A stretch of 64,000 bases of DNA, taken from contig CAVPOM010000018.1 of NCBI GenBank assembly GCA_963707025.1, positions 160,001 through 224,000 on the forward strand. The letters are read 5' to 3'. Position numbers and translations under genes: made by a program. The stretch is from an uncultured Verrucomicrobiae bacterium (lineage in GTDB: Bacteria > Verrucomicrobiota > Verrucomicrobiia > Limisphaerales > Palsa-1400). Every line of letters starts with the position of its first letter. The first letter of the stretch is position 1. This document shows positions 9,166-19,135 of this stretch, piece after piece. The notes below the pieces were generated by a model. That model saw nothing but the letters and a program-made list of their open reading frames with translations, did no database searches and was not told the origin of the DNA.

Positions 9166-10276
9166 ATGAAACACCAAAATTATTTTTCAGGCGTCTTGAT
9201 GGCGGGCGGACTGGGATGGCTGGCCGTCGGCCTTGCGGCCCAAACCGCCTCGGCGGCGGAGCCTGTACAAAATCCTCAGCATCACCCAGACCATGGGCAC
9301 GGGCGGGATTGATTATGTGTATGCGGACAACGACGGCCGCCGCCTCTATGTTCCGCGCGGCAGCCAGATCCTGGCCTTTGACCTGGACACAGGCACGCTG
9401 GTCGGCTCCAACAGCGTCACCGGCCAGGCCGGCCACGGCGTGGCGGTTGATCCCAAATCCCACCATGGTTTCAGCAGCAGCGGTCCGGTCCGCATGTTCG
9501 ACACCAAGACCCTGGAGTTGATCAAGAACGTCGAGGTGCAAGGCCGGCCGGACGGCATTCTCTTTGAACCGGTGTCGGAACGGGTCTTTATCCTCAGCCA
9601 CAGCGCGCCCAACGCCACGCTGATTGACCCCAAGGACGGGTCGGTGACCGGCACGATTGATCTGGGCGGCGGGCCGGAGCAGGCGGCCAGCGATGAAAAG
9701 GGCACGCTTTATGTTGACTTGGAGGACCAAAACAACATCGCCGTGGTTGACTTGAAAACTCTCAAGGTGACGGCGCACTACCCGCTTGGGGACAAGGGCG
9801 GCGGGCCGGGCGGCCTGGGTCTGGATGCCAAAAATCACATCCTTTTCGCCATGTGCCACCAACCCCCAAACTGTGTCATTCTCAGCGCCAAGGACGGAAC
9901 CATTATCACCAACCTGCCAATTGGGACCGGGACGGACGGCGGCGGGTTCAATCCCAAGACGATGGAAGCGTTTAGTTCGCAGGGCGACGGCACGTTGACC
10001 ATCATCAAGGAGAACAGCCCGACCAGCTTTGAGGTGGAACAAACGGTGAAGACCAAGCCGCGCGCCAAGTGTTGCACGCTCGACACCAAAAACAATCACA
10101 TCATTTTGACCGCCATCGAGCCGGCGCCGGCGGGCAGGCCCGGGGTGGCGGCGACTCCTGCGACTCCTCCGCCAGGCGGGGACCAGGCGGGTGGCGACCG
10201 GCGCGGCGGACGGGGCGGACGGGGCGGACGCGGCGGCGGTCCGGGCCTGCTGGACATTATCATCGTAGGCCGGTAA
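9166..10276 (+). pseudogene. YncE-like secreted beta-propeller protein, frameshifted right after the signal peptide (pseudogene or sequencing error)
   Basis: Signal peptide MKHQNYFSG...ASAAEP (from 9166) is in a different frame from the mature part YKILSITQTMGTGGIDYV...; removing one base near 9263 joins them. Confidence 0.75.
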
Positions 10277-10285
10277 GCGCTGGAT

Positions 10286-11146
10286 TTACCAGTAAAAAGC
10301 CGGACTGCCCGAGCCGGCGCGCGGGATCATTTGACGGAAAGGCGCCCATTCGACATGGCCGTCAATCATGGCCTGATTGCCCCCGGAGGGGATTTTGGAA
10401 CTGAGCAGATGCGAGGTGGTGAGGGGCTTGTTGACCGGATCGTCCGGATCCAGAGAATGCGGAAGACCGGTCCATTGATAACCGTCCTTCAAGGTCATGC
10501 TGATGGAGAGGTTTTGGCCCAGGGTGATGGTGGAGCAGGCCAGGAGCACCCGGCTGGCGACCCGGATCGGGAGAACCATGGAAGGAGCGGAAATCGGCGC
10601 CACCGTGGCCGCGGTCAGCTTGGTATTGATGTTGGTGCTAAAGTACCATGCACCGGCGTCATCGAAAAGTGTGGCGCCACTAAAGGTCTGGGTATAACCA
10701 ATAATGCGATTGCCTTCCCCGCCGTCTTCCCCCGCAAAATTGTTCCACAGGGTTAAAAAATCAGCGTCTGTATATAAATGCTCTGTGCCTGGGTCATACC
10801 AGACCTTGTATGGAGCGCCGCTGACTTCCATGTAGCTGCCAACTTCCTGCCTCATGTCCCACGGCTGGTAGGTAGTATTGCCGGGCAGGGTGGGCAGGAA
10901 ATCCTTGTTCTCATTGGCGTACATGGTCAGAGCCACCACCTGTTGCCGGGTGTTGCTTTTGCTCTGGGTGCGAACGGCCTGGTCCTTGGCCCTGGCCAGG
11001 GCGGGCAGAAGCAACCCCGCCAGGATCGCGATGATGGCGATGACCACGAGCAATTCAATCAAGGTAAAGGCACGGGCGGGCGGGCGGGCGCCATTTCCAG
11101 CCCCTGAAATGGGAAAATCTCCGCGCGATAATGGTTTGTCCCTCAT
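10286..11146 (-). CDS. Prepilin-type N-terminal cleavage/methylation domain protein with an H-X9-DG-like C-terminal motif
   Basis: [30 protein letters not shown]-terminal SH...[13 protein letters not shown]. Confidence 0.9.
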   Translation of the reverse strand: MRDKPLSRGDFPISGAGNGARPPARAFTLIELLVVIAIIAILAGLLLPALARAKDQAVRTQSKSNTRQQVVALTMYANENKDFLPTLPGNTTYQPWDMRQEVGSYMEVSGAPYKVWYDPGTEHLYTDADFLTLWNNFAGEDGGEGNRIIGYTQTFSGATLFDDAGAWYFSTNINTKLTAATVAPISAPSMVLPIRVASRVLLACSTITLGQNLSISMTLKDGYQWTGLPHSLDPDDPVNKPLTTSHLLSSKIPSGGNQAMIDGHVEWAPFRQMIPRAGSGSPAFYW

Positions 11147-11278
11147 AAAAAATGGCGCTCTCCCGGCCGGCGCTCAAAACCGTTCAAATCCACGACCAGG
11201 GGTTGTGTGACCAGACCACTCTATCCCTTTCCCAAATACATACAACTTTTTTTCGCGCATTTTTGAGGCGGTTTTTCC

Positions 11279-11308
11279 TTGCCGATTTCGTATATTCATA
11301 GTAGATAC
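11279..11308 (+). promoter_or_regulatory. Probable mazEF promoter/operator
   Basis: TTGCCG followed by the imperfect palindrome GTATATTCATAGTAGATAC directly upstream of the antitoxin. Confidence 0.5.
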
Positions 11309-11314
11309 ATGGGA

Positions 11315-11557
11315 ATGAAAACTGCTGTGCAAAGATGGGGCAACAGCCTGGCAGTCCGCATTCCGCGCGCGTTCGCCCAGGAAACCCGATTGGGCAGCGG
11401 CACTGAAGTGGATCTGCGGTTGAAAGCGGGGACGCTGGTAATCAGCCGCGCTCGAAAGCGCCGCTACAGCTTGAGCGGTCTGCTGGCCCGGGTGCGGAAG
11501 ACGAATCTGCATTCAGAAACCGGGTGGGGCGGGCCGATGGGGAGAGAGGTCTGGTGA
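11315..11557 (+). CDS. mazE: AbrB/MazE-family antitoxin
   Basis: MKTAVQRWGNSLAVRIP...YSLSGLL...WGGPMGREVW. Confidence 0.92.
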   Translation: MKTAVQRWGNSLAVRIPRAFAQETRLGSGTEVDLRLKAGTLVISRARKRRYSLSGLLARVRKTNLHSETGWGGPMGREVW

Positions 11558-11919
11558 AAGCCGGATACGTTCCAAAACGCGGCGATTTGATCTGGCTGGA
11601 TTTCACTCCGCAGGCCGGTCAGGAGCAGGCAGGACGCCGGCCCGCGGCGGTTATTTCCAGCGGCCAATACAACAGGAAGGTTGGGTTGCTTTTGGCCTGC
11701 ACGGTCACAAACCAAAGGAAACAATATCCGTTTGAAGTTTTACTGCCGGAGGGTTTGCCGATCACCGGCGTGATTCTGGCCGATCAAGTGCGGAGTCTTG
11801 ATTGGAAGAGCCGCCGGGCGGTCTTTATCGGCTGTTTGGATGAAGAGGTTCTGGCGGAAATCCTGGGGAAGCTGGCGGTATTGATGGACGATGAAAAAGC
11901 CGGCCCGGATCCGCCTTGA
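11554..11919 (+). CDS. mazF: MazF/PemK-family endoribonuclease toxin
   Basis: YVPKRGDLIWLDFTPQAGQEQAGRRPA, YPFEV, ILADQVRSLDW; GTG start overlaps the mazE stop (GTGA). Confidence 0.93.
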   Translation: MKAGYVPKRGDLIWLDFTPQAGQEQAGRRPAAVISSGQYNRKVGLLLACTVTNQRKQYPFEVLLPEGLPITGVILADQVRSLDWKSRRAVFIGCLDEEVLAEILGKLAVLMDDEKAGPDPP

Positions 11920-11969
11920 AGCACGCAACCAACCGATATTTTGCCTTCGCCTGCCAAACTTCCGCCCCC

Positions 11970-12371
11970 ATGGCAAACCCGGCGCTCACAAAACGCAAAG
12001 TCTCCGGCGGCCTGCTGGTCTTTATCGGCTACATGCTCTCGCCGCTTTCCTGGTGGAACGACCTCTTCGTTAATTGGCCGCTGGCGCTGGCCGCCGCCTG
12101 GGTCGTCAGTTGGTTCTGCAAACCCGCCTTCACCGCCAGTCTGATCGCGGGTTACTGGCTGACCAACCTCCTGGGCTTTTTCCTCATGCAAAAGGGCGGC
12201 GCGAAAATCATCAGCGGGGAGGACCGGCCTTATTCCCGGAAGAGTTTGCTGAGGGACCTGGCGATCTCTGTTCTTTACACCCTTTTGATCCTGGCGCTGG
12301 TAAAAGCAGGGTTCATCGGGCCGATTCAGGATACCGTCCACAAGATTCAGAAGTACGTTCACCTGTCGTGA
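11970..12371 (+). CDS. Conserved-looking small membrane protein
   Basis: Hydrophobic ORF with GYMLSPLSWWNDLFVNWPLA motif; stop overlaps the next start. Confidence 0.7.
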   Translation: MANPALTKRKVSGGLLVFIGYMLSPLSWWNDLFVNWPLALAAAWVVSWFCKPAFTASLIAGYWLTNLLGFFLMQKGGAKIISGEDRPYSRKSLLRDLAISVLYTLLILALVKAGFIGPIQDTVHKIQKYVHLS

Positions 12372-14599
12372 CCCCTTCCCCGCCAACGGCCTCTCCGCCT
12401 TGCCGCCCTCAGGCCCTGTGGATTTGCCTCCTTTTGGCGGCCATCACCCTCGCCGTCTATTGGCCGGTGACCGGCTACGAATTCGTCGGTTACGACGATC
12501 CCGACTTCATCACTGCCAATCCCACGGTGCAAGCCGGCCTGACCGTGCCCGGCCTGCACTACGCCCTGGGCGCCGAGGTCGCCCGCAACTGGCATCCGCT
12601 CACCATTCTCAGCCACATGCTCGATTGCCAGTTCTTCAAGCTCAACGCCGGGCGGCATCATTTGACCAGCCTCCTCCTGCACACCGCCAACACCCTGCTG
12701 CTCTTCCTGGTGCTCAAGCGCATGACCGGCGCGCTCTGGCGCAGCGCCCTGGTCGCCGCCCTGTTCGCCTGGCATCCCCTCCATGTCGAATCGGTCGCCT
12801 GGGTGGCGGAACGGAAGGACGTTCTCAGCGCGCTGTTCTGGTGGCTCACTCTCTGGGCCTGGCTCGCTTACACCGATGCCTGCAAAAATCCCGGTTCAAA
12901 GTCAAAACTATTTTATTCCCTGGCGGTTTTTCTTTTCGTCCTGGCGGCCATGTCCAAGCCCATGGTGGTGACGCTGCCCTGCGTTCTCCTGCTCCTGGAT
13001 TTCTGGCCGTTGGGCCGGTTCCAGCTCCGCGCCCCGCCGCCGTCCCCCCGGTCGGGCCGGGCCAAATCCCGCCCGGCGCCGCCGCTTGTCCAACCCGCCG
13101 TCGGCCGCCTCCCGTCCTGGCGCCTGCTGCTGGAAAAAATCCCCTTTTTCGCCATCAGCGCGGCGTTGTGCTGCAAGACGTTCCTCGTGCAGAAGGGCGG
13201 CGGGGCGATGTTGGACACGGCCAATCTCCCCCTCCTCTCCCGCCTTGGCAACGCCTTCATTTCCTACCTCCGCTATCCCGCAAAAATGTTTTGGCCCGCG
13301 AATCTTTCCGCCCTGTATATTAGGATCGGCGACTGGCCGGCCTGGGAGGTGGGCGGCGCGGTGCTGCTGCTGGCCGGGCTGACCGCCTGGATGGTGGGGC
13401 AGGCGCGGCGGCGGCCCTGGCTGGCCATGGGCTGGTTTTGGTACGCGGGCATGCTGGTGCCCGTCATCGGTTTGGTGCAGGTCGGCATGCAAACCATGGC
13501 CGACCGCTACACCTATCTTCCCCTGGTCGGCCTGTTCATCATCCTGGCCTGGGGCGGCGCCGATCTGGCCGCCCGGTTTCGCCCGCCCAAATATGTCCCC
13601 GTCCTCCTCGCCGCCCTCTCCCTGGCCGCCTGCCTGGTTCTCACCGCCCGTCAGATCCCCTGCTGGCAGGACAGCGAAACGCTCTTCAAGAAAATGATTG
13701 CCGTCACCAATAAAAACTTCATGGCCCATTTCAATTTGGGGAACTACTACTCGCGCCACGACCAAGCCGCTCTGGCCGTGGCCCATTACCGCGAGGCCCT
13801 GGCCGCCGAGCCCAACTACGCCGAAGCCCACAACAACCTGGCCGGGGTGCTCCTGGAGCAAAAGCTGTATGACGAAGCCATCCAGCATTACCAGGACGCC
13901 GCCCGCCTCAAGCCCTCCGCCACCGCCTGGTTTAACCTCGCGAACGCCTTGGCCGACACCGCCCGCGCCCGCCACGACACCAGCCTCTTCGCCCAATCCG
14001 TCCAGGCCTTCCAGCAATCGCTGCAACTGGAGTCGGATTCCTACGCGACCCGCAACAATTTCGGCATGGTCTGGCAGGACCAGAACCGGAACGACCTGGC
14101 CATCCCCGAATTTGAAGCCGCCGTGCGCGTAAAACCGGATTTCGAACTCGGCCATTTCAACGTGGCCAATTCCCTGTCGCGGGCGGGCCGCCTGGACGAA
14201 GCCATCACCCAGTACCAGGCCGCCGCCCGCCTCAACCCCGGCCGCGCCGAAACTTTCAACGGCCTGGGCGTTTGTTACGCCAGGCAGGGAAAAATGGAGG
14301 AAGCCGCCCGCCAATTCAGGCGCGTCACCGAGTTGAACCCCGGGGACTCCGGCGTTTGGGAAAACCTGGGCAACGCTTTGGGATCGCAAAACAAACTCGA
14401 CGAAGCCATCCCCTGCTATCTCAAGGCCCTGCAAATTGATCCCCGCAATTACGAGGCCGAATTCAACCTCGGCCTGTCCCTCCTTCATCAAAACCGCCGC
14501 GAGGAAGCCAGGACCCATTTCCAAGCCGCCCTGCGCATCCAGCCCGACTACCCGGCGGCCCGTCAGGCCCTGTCCGAACTCGACCGCCCCGCTCAATAA
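12368..14599 (+). CDS. TMTC-like GT-C membrane glycosyltransferase with C-terminal TPR array
   Basis: YDDPDFITANP, WHPLT, HPLHVESVAWVAERKDVLS, ADRYTYLP, then many TPR units (AHNNLA, AWFNLA, ETFNGLG). Confidence 0.85.
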   Translation: MTPSPPTASPPCRPQALWICLLLAAITLAVYWPVTGYEFVGYDDPDFITANPTVQAGLTVPGLHYALGAEVARNWHPLTILSHMLDCQFFKLNAGRHHLTSLLLHTANTLLLFLVLKRMTGALWRSALVAALFAWHPLHVESVAWVAERKDVLSALFWWLTLWAWLAYTDACKNPGSKSKLFYSLAVFLFVLAAMSKPMVVTLPCVLLLLDFWPLGRFQLRAPPPSPRSGRAKSRPAPPLVQPAVGRLPSWRLLLEKIPFFAISAALCCKTFLVQKGGGAMLDTANLPLLSRLGNAFISYLRYPAKMFWPANLSALYIRIGDWPAWEVGGAVLLLAGLTAWMVGQARRRPWLAMGWFWYAGMLVPVIGLVQVGMQTMADRYTYLPLVGLFIILAWGGADLAARFRPPKYVPVLLAALSLAACLVLTARQIPCWQDSETLFKKMIAVTNKNFMAHFNLGNYYSRHDQAALAVAHYREALAAEPNYAEAHNNLAGVLLEQKLYDEAIQHYQDAARLKPSATAWFNLANALADTARARHDTSLFAQSVQAFQQSLQLESDSYATRNNFGMVWQDQNRNDLAIPEFEAAVRVKPDFELGHFNVANSLSRAGRLDEAITQYQAAARLNPGRAETFNGLGVCYARQGKMEEAARQFRRVTELNPGDSGVWENLGNALGSQNKLDEAIPCYLKALQIDPRNYEAEFNLGLSLLHQNRREEARTHFQAALRIQPDYPAARQALSELDRPAQ

Positions 14600-14614
14600 A
14601 CCCGCTTCCACGAT

Positions 14615-14814
14615 TGTAGCGGCGGTCTGTGACCGCCGCCCATCGAGGGAAACCGCGGCCGCGTCCCAATTTGATGTTGTAGTGTCGGCGCCCTGTCCGC
14701 CGTCGCCTCGGCAAAGGGGGATGTGCGCCGATGTCGAGGTACAGGCTCGGCGCGGCAACAAATCAGGCCACTGCCGAAACCGCAGCATGGCAGCGGTCAC
14801 AGACCGCCGCTACA
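14615..14814. repeat. REPIN-like inverted REP pair with nested inner repeats
   Basis: TGTAGCGGCGGTCTGTGACCGCCGC (14615-14639) and GCAGCGGTCACAGACCGCCGCTACA (14790-14814); lies between convergent genes. Confidence 0.8.
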
Positions 14815-14851
14815 GGAGTTTTGTGCGGATCTCACTTTGTCCAACCCGGTT

Positions 14852-15661
14852 TCACCGCGCCGGCGCGCGAGGCGCCATCGTCTTGTCCAGATACGCCGCC
14901 AGGGAAGAGACCTGCATTTCCGACAGCGGCCCTCCCTCCGCGCCGGAGAATCCCGGCATGACGGTATGCGGTTTGCCGCGGGCAATGATCGTCCTCCAGT
15001 AAGCCAAATCGGTGGGCGGTTTCAACCCGTGCAGGTCGGGCACAAAACTGGCCCGTTGCGGCGAGTCATGGCAGATGCCGCACGCCGCCGCATACAACTC
15101 CTTTCCCAGCAGCCCACGCGCCTTGTCCACATGGCAGGTCGCGCAATCCCCCTTGAAAATCGCCCTGGCATCCGCCGCCGCCTTGCCCATCGCCGCCTTG
15201 CGCTCCGCCGGTGTCAGCGGCGCGCCGGCCGGGCGCAATGGCGGGGGCATCGCCACCTTCAGCGTCAGGACGCGCTCCCCCACGGAAGTAAAAACCGTCA
15301 GCGTCTTGGTCACCGTTCCCTCCTCCTGGTCGGCCAGATCCACCCGGGCCGTGACGGGGCCGCTCGCCCCGGGAAGCAGAATCCACGGATTGGCCGGCAG
15401 GGTGGCAACGGTGCAATGACAGGAAGCATAAACCGCCTGGACGACGATGGTATTGGTCCAGACATTGGTGGCCTGAAACGTGAACAACGCCTCCGCCTCC
15501 TCCGCGCTGGCGTGGTATTCCTTTGTCTCCGAGTCAAACACCAGCGTCGGCCCGGCCGGGAGCCCCTCCGGCTTCGGCCTCTCCTGCGCCGGCAGTCCAC
15601 CGGCCGCGGCCAGGCCGCCCAGCCAAACCGCCGCCGCCCGGCGCCAATTCATCTTCGACAT
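14852..15661 (-). CDS. Secreted DUF1573-like Ig domain fused to a diheme cytochrome c
   Basis: Signal peptide; ASCHCT motif; CATCH and CGICH heme-binding motifs; MPGF candidate axial Met. Confidence 0.8.
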   Translation of the reverse strand: MSKMNWRRAAAVWLGGLAAAGGLPAQERPKPEGLPAGPTLVFDSETKEYHASAEEAEALFTFQATNVWTNTIVVQAVYASCHCTVATLPANPWILLPGASGPVTARVDLADQEEGTVTKTLTVFTSVGERVLTLKVAMPPPLRPAGAPLTPAERKAAMGKAAADARAIFKGDCATCHVDKARGLLGKELYAAACGICHDSPQRASFVPDLHGLKPPTDLAYWRTIIARGKPHTVMPGFSGAEGGPLSEMQVSSLAAYLDKTMAPRAPAR

Positions 15662-15714
15662 GGCCCAAGCCTAGCAAAATCGCGCCCCGTGACAAAGCCC
15701 TCATTGCCGTCCGT

Positions 15715-15822
15715 GGCGCATCTCAAGTCTTGGACGGTTCCCAGGCAGGGGCGCCGTCCCGATTCAGAATCGGGATCAAGGCCGGCGCAGCGCCGCAACC
15801 CTGCCAAAAACTCGGATGCGCC
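15715..15822. repeat. GGCGCATC-ended shell enclosing a REP and a TCCCGA..TCGGGA micro-palindrome
   Basis: GGCGCATC at 15715 and GATGCGCC at 15815-15822; interior closely similar to 28029-28111. Confidence 0.65.
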
Positions 15823-15911
15823 CTCCACGGCATGGGATGGGGTTGATTTTTTCGCGCGAGGCCACTCCGGGATGGCGCAGGAAGGGAGGTTCCTCTATTG
15901 ATGTTTGGAAG

Positions 15912-17288
15912 TTGAGCCTGAAAACCGAACAATTGAAAAGCGCCGGCGCTGCGGCGGAAACATTCCCCGAGGGGGTGCGGCAGGTCCTGTGGTTTGTGCT
16001 CTTCAACGCGCTCTCCTATCAGATCATCCTCAATACGCCGATGATTTTGTATGCCAAAAGCATCGGGGCCAGCGCCACGGTGCTGGGCATTATCTCCGGG
16101 ATGACGCCGTTGCTGGTCATCTTTCAAATCCCCATGGCCAAACACGTCGGCCGGATCGGCTGCAAACGCCTCTTTTTCTCCGGGTGGTGGATGCGCACGA
16201 TCTTTGTGGTGGGGATGGCGCTGGTGCCGTTGGCCGGAGGGTTCCTCCCTCCGGCCGGCCGCCTGGCGCTGCTGTTGGCCAATCTGTTCGCCTTCAATCT
16301 CATTCGCGGGATTTGCACTTGCGGCTGGCTGCCGTGGATTTCGGCGCTGATTCCGGCGGCCCTGCGCGGGCGTTATTTGGTGCGGGACGCGTCCTGCCAG
16401 AATCTGGGCGGGGTGGCGGTTTTTGTGCTGGCGGCATTGGTCTTGAGCGGGCATTCGGAAGCGTGGCGGTTCGCGGTGCTCTTCGGGTTGAGCGCCGTCA
16501 TGGCCTGGGCCAGCCTGAAGTTTTTGCGGGGTGTTCCCGAAGTGGAAGCTCCGGCCGAAGGGCGCCCTTCGGCCCGGCCGGTGCCGTGGGGGGAGATCAT
16601 TGCCTACCGGCCCTTCCAAAAATTAGTATGGATGGCGGCGGGCTGGTCGCTGGCTTACGGCGGGCTGACTGCTTTTGTGGTGGCGTTCTTGAAAACGGAG
16701 TGCGGCATGTCGGAAAGTGAAATCATGCTGGTCACGTCGGTTTCCTTTTTGGGCGGCCTGACCAGCCTGGTGTTCCTGGGCTCGCGCCTGGACCGGTTGG
16801 GGAGCAAACCGGTTTTGACGTTCTCGATGGCGTCGTGGCTGCTCATCGTCGGCGGCTGGATTGTCATCGCGGGGCGGGTGATGGCCCCTTTGATTTGGGC
16901 GGTGCTGCTCCTGCAATTTGTCATGGGCCTGGCTTCGTCGCTGGTCGCCATGTCCACCACCCGGCTGGCCCTGACGGTCGTGCCGCCGATGGGGCGCGAT
17001 CATTTTTTCACCTTCTATTCCGTGGCGGCAAATTTGACGCTGGGATTGGCCCCGGTTTTTTGGGGCGCCGGGATTGACGCGCTGCGCACCGTTCATGGGG
17101 CCTGGCTGGGAATAGAGTGGAACCGCTTCAGTATTTTTTTCACGGCGGTGTGCGCGGTTTTCCTGTGGACGCTGGTGCTGTGCCGCCGCTTGGAGGAGCC
17201 GCAGGCGGTGACGATGGAGGAATTATGGCGGGACATCGTCCAGCAATCGCCCTTGCGGTTCTGGTTCCGGTTCTGGCCGAGGGGGTAA
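15912..17288 (+). CDS. MFS transporter
   Basis: About 12 TM segments; motif-A-like GSRLDRLGSKP; start uncertain (TTG 15912). Confidence 0.85.
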   Translation: MSLKTEQLKSAGAAAETFPEGVRQVLWFVLFNALSYQIILNTPMILYAKSIGASATVLGIISGMTPLLVIFQIPMAKHVGRIGCKRLFFSGWWMRTIFVVGMALVPLAGGFLPPAGRLALLLANLFAFNLIRGICTCGWLPWISALIPAALRGRYLVRDASCQNLGGVAVFVLAALVLSGHSEAWRFAVLFGLSAVMAWASLKFLRGVPEVEAPAEGRPSARPVPWGEIIAYRPFQKLVWMAAGWSLAYGGLTAFVVAFLKTECGMSESEIMLVTSVSFLGGLTSLVFLGSRLDRLGSKPVLTFSMASWLLIVGGWIVIAGRVMAPLIWAVLLLQFVMGLASSLVAMSTTRLALTVVPPMGRDHFFTFYSVAANLTLGLAPVFWGAGIDALRTVHGAWLGIEWNRFSIFFTAVCAVFLWTLVLCRRLEEPQAVTMEELWRDIVQQSPLRFWFRFWPRG

Positions 17289-17319
17289 GCCCATGGCGGA
17301 GGGTGAATGGCGGGTTGGC

Positions 17320-18703
17320 TCAGGCGCCCAGTTCGGTTTCGAGCAACCGGGTAATCCGCTGGTTCCAGCGTTGCAGCAGCGGGGCTTTTGGCCCTTCCAG
17401 CAGCAGGCGCACTTTTGGCTCGGTGCCGGAGTAGCGCAGCAAAATCCGGCCGCCGTGGGATTGCAGTTCGGCTTCCGCCCGGCGCAGCAGGGAGGGCAGG
17501 CCGTCCACCTGTTCGAGCGGTTTTTTTTCGCGCACCACAATGTTGGTCAACAATTGCGGGAAGCGCGTCCAGCAGGCCGCCAATTGGGAGAGGGATTTGC
17601 CGCTGGCTTTCATGACGCGCAGGATTTGCAGCGCGGCGATCAAGCCGTCGCCCGTGGTGCTGTAATCGGCAAAGATGATGTGGCCGCTTTGTTCTCCACC
17701 CACGTTGTAATGGTGCCGGAGCATGGCGGCCAGGACATGTTGATCGCCCACCTGGGTGCGCAGCAGCTTGCCGCCGGCCCGCTCAATGACCGCCTGGAGG
17801 CCGGCGTTGCTCATGACGGTGGCGACGACGGTTTTGCCGCGCAAAGTTCCCTGGGCCAGGCATTCCAGACCGATGATGGCCAGCACGTCATCGCCGTCAA
17901 TCAACCGGCCCCGCTCATCGCACAAGATGACGCGGTCGGCGTCGCCGTCGTGGGCCAGGCCGAGGTGGGCCTTGTGTTGGAGGACCCGCTGGCAAAGGTG
18001 TTCCGGGTGCATGGAGCCGCAATCCTGGTTGATGTTGGTCCCGTCGGGTTTGTCGCAATAGACAATGACTTGGGCGCCCAGCTCGCGCAGCACGCAGGGG
18101 GTGGATTTGTAGGCGGCGCCGTGGGCGCAATCCACCACCAGGCGCATGCCCTCCAGGGTCAAATGACGCGGGAAGGAACTTTTGGCGTATTCGATGTAAC
18201 GGCCCAGGGCGTCGTCAATGCGCACGGCCTTGCCGATGGCGTCGGCGGTGGGACGAATGGTGTTGATCTCGCCGCTGAAGACCAGTTTCTCGATGCGCTC
18301 CTCGATGACGTCATCCAGCTTGTAGCCGTCGGCGCGGAAGAATTTGATGCCGTTGTCGGCGTAGGGGTTGTGGGAGGCGGTGATGACAATGCCGGCATCG
18401 GCCCGCAAACTGCGGGTGACGTAAGCGACCCCCGGCGTGGGCAACGGGCCGATGAGCAGCACATCCACGCCCATGGAAAGGACGCCGGAGGAAATGGCGT
18501 TCTCCAGCATGTAGCCGGAAAGAACGGGTGTCCTTGCCGATGAGGATTTTGTGTTTGCCCCGGCCGCGGGCCTGCGTTTCCAGGTTCTTGAAAACGTGGG
18601 CGGCGGCCCGGCCCAGCTTGAGGGCGGTTTCAACGGTGACCGGTTCGATGTTGGCGGTGCCGCGGACCCCGTCGGTTCCAAAAATCTTGGTGGGTTGGCT
18701 CAC
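17320..18703 (-). CDS. glmM: Phosphoglucosamine mutase, with a 1-nt insertion near 18523
   Basis: [10 protein letters not shown]...IGKDTR in one frame and LSGYMLE...ITASHNP, HDGDADR, GGEQSGH, RYSGTEP in another; deleting one base restores GKDTRLSGY. Confidence 0.9.
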
Positions 18704-18716
18704 GGGGGTTGGCCTT

Positions 18717-19133
18717 TCAAGGGAGGGTGGCTTGGACGCTGACGGTGTGGGGTTTGAATTCCAGGACATAGATATTAGTGGGAACGCCCGGATGCAAATC
18801 CTCCTGGGTGGCGGTCGGGGAATGATAATCGGTCAGGTCCACATACACCTTGATTTCCCTGCCTTCCGGCCCGCGCAGTGTTTTGGCCTCGCCCATCACG
18901 GTGACCAGCACGTTGCTCGGAGTGAGGGTGAAGGCGCGGGCATCCCCCTCCTCTTGCAGGATGGAGATGGGCACCGCCAGGACTTGCCGGATGAAATGCT
19001 GGCTGGCCGACGGCTCGCTCAGGGTGAGGTCATGGTCCATGCTGAAATGGACCGCCATCCAAATGATCGTGCCCGAGGCGATGGAAAAAATCTTGAGCCA
19101 GAAATTATGGAAAATGAGGTGGCGCAGGGACAT
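18717..19133 (-). CDS. cdaR: CdaR/YbbR-like single-domain membrane-anchored protein
   Basis: [12 protein letters not shown] anchor, [17 protein letters not shown]; lies between cdaA and glmM. Confidence 0.7.
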   Translation of the reverse strand: MSLRHLIFHNFWLKIFSIASGTIIWMAVHFSMDHDLTLSEPSASQHFIRQVLAVPISILQEEGDARAFTLTPSNVLVTVMGEAKTLRGPEGREIKVYVDLTDYHSPTATQEDLHPGVPTNIYVLEFKPHTVSVQATLP

Positions 19134-19135
19134 GG

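Noticed and set aside
10200..10245. GGACGGGGC tandem repeat
   Set aside because: Encodes a low-complexity GGRGGR tail within a CDS
11315..11919. mazEF as marker of a prophage or defence island
   Set aside because: No integrase, phage or other defence genes nearby; an ordinary type II TA pair
12908..14800. 630-aa antisense ORF (likewise 44609-46555, 22306-23928 and many shorter ones)
   Set aside because: Mirror frames of well-supported genes with no independent coding evidence
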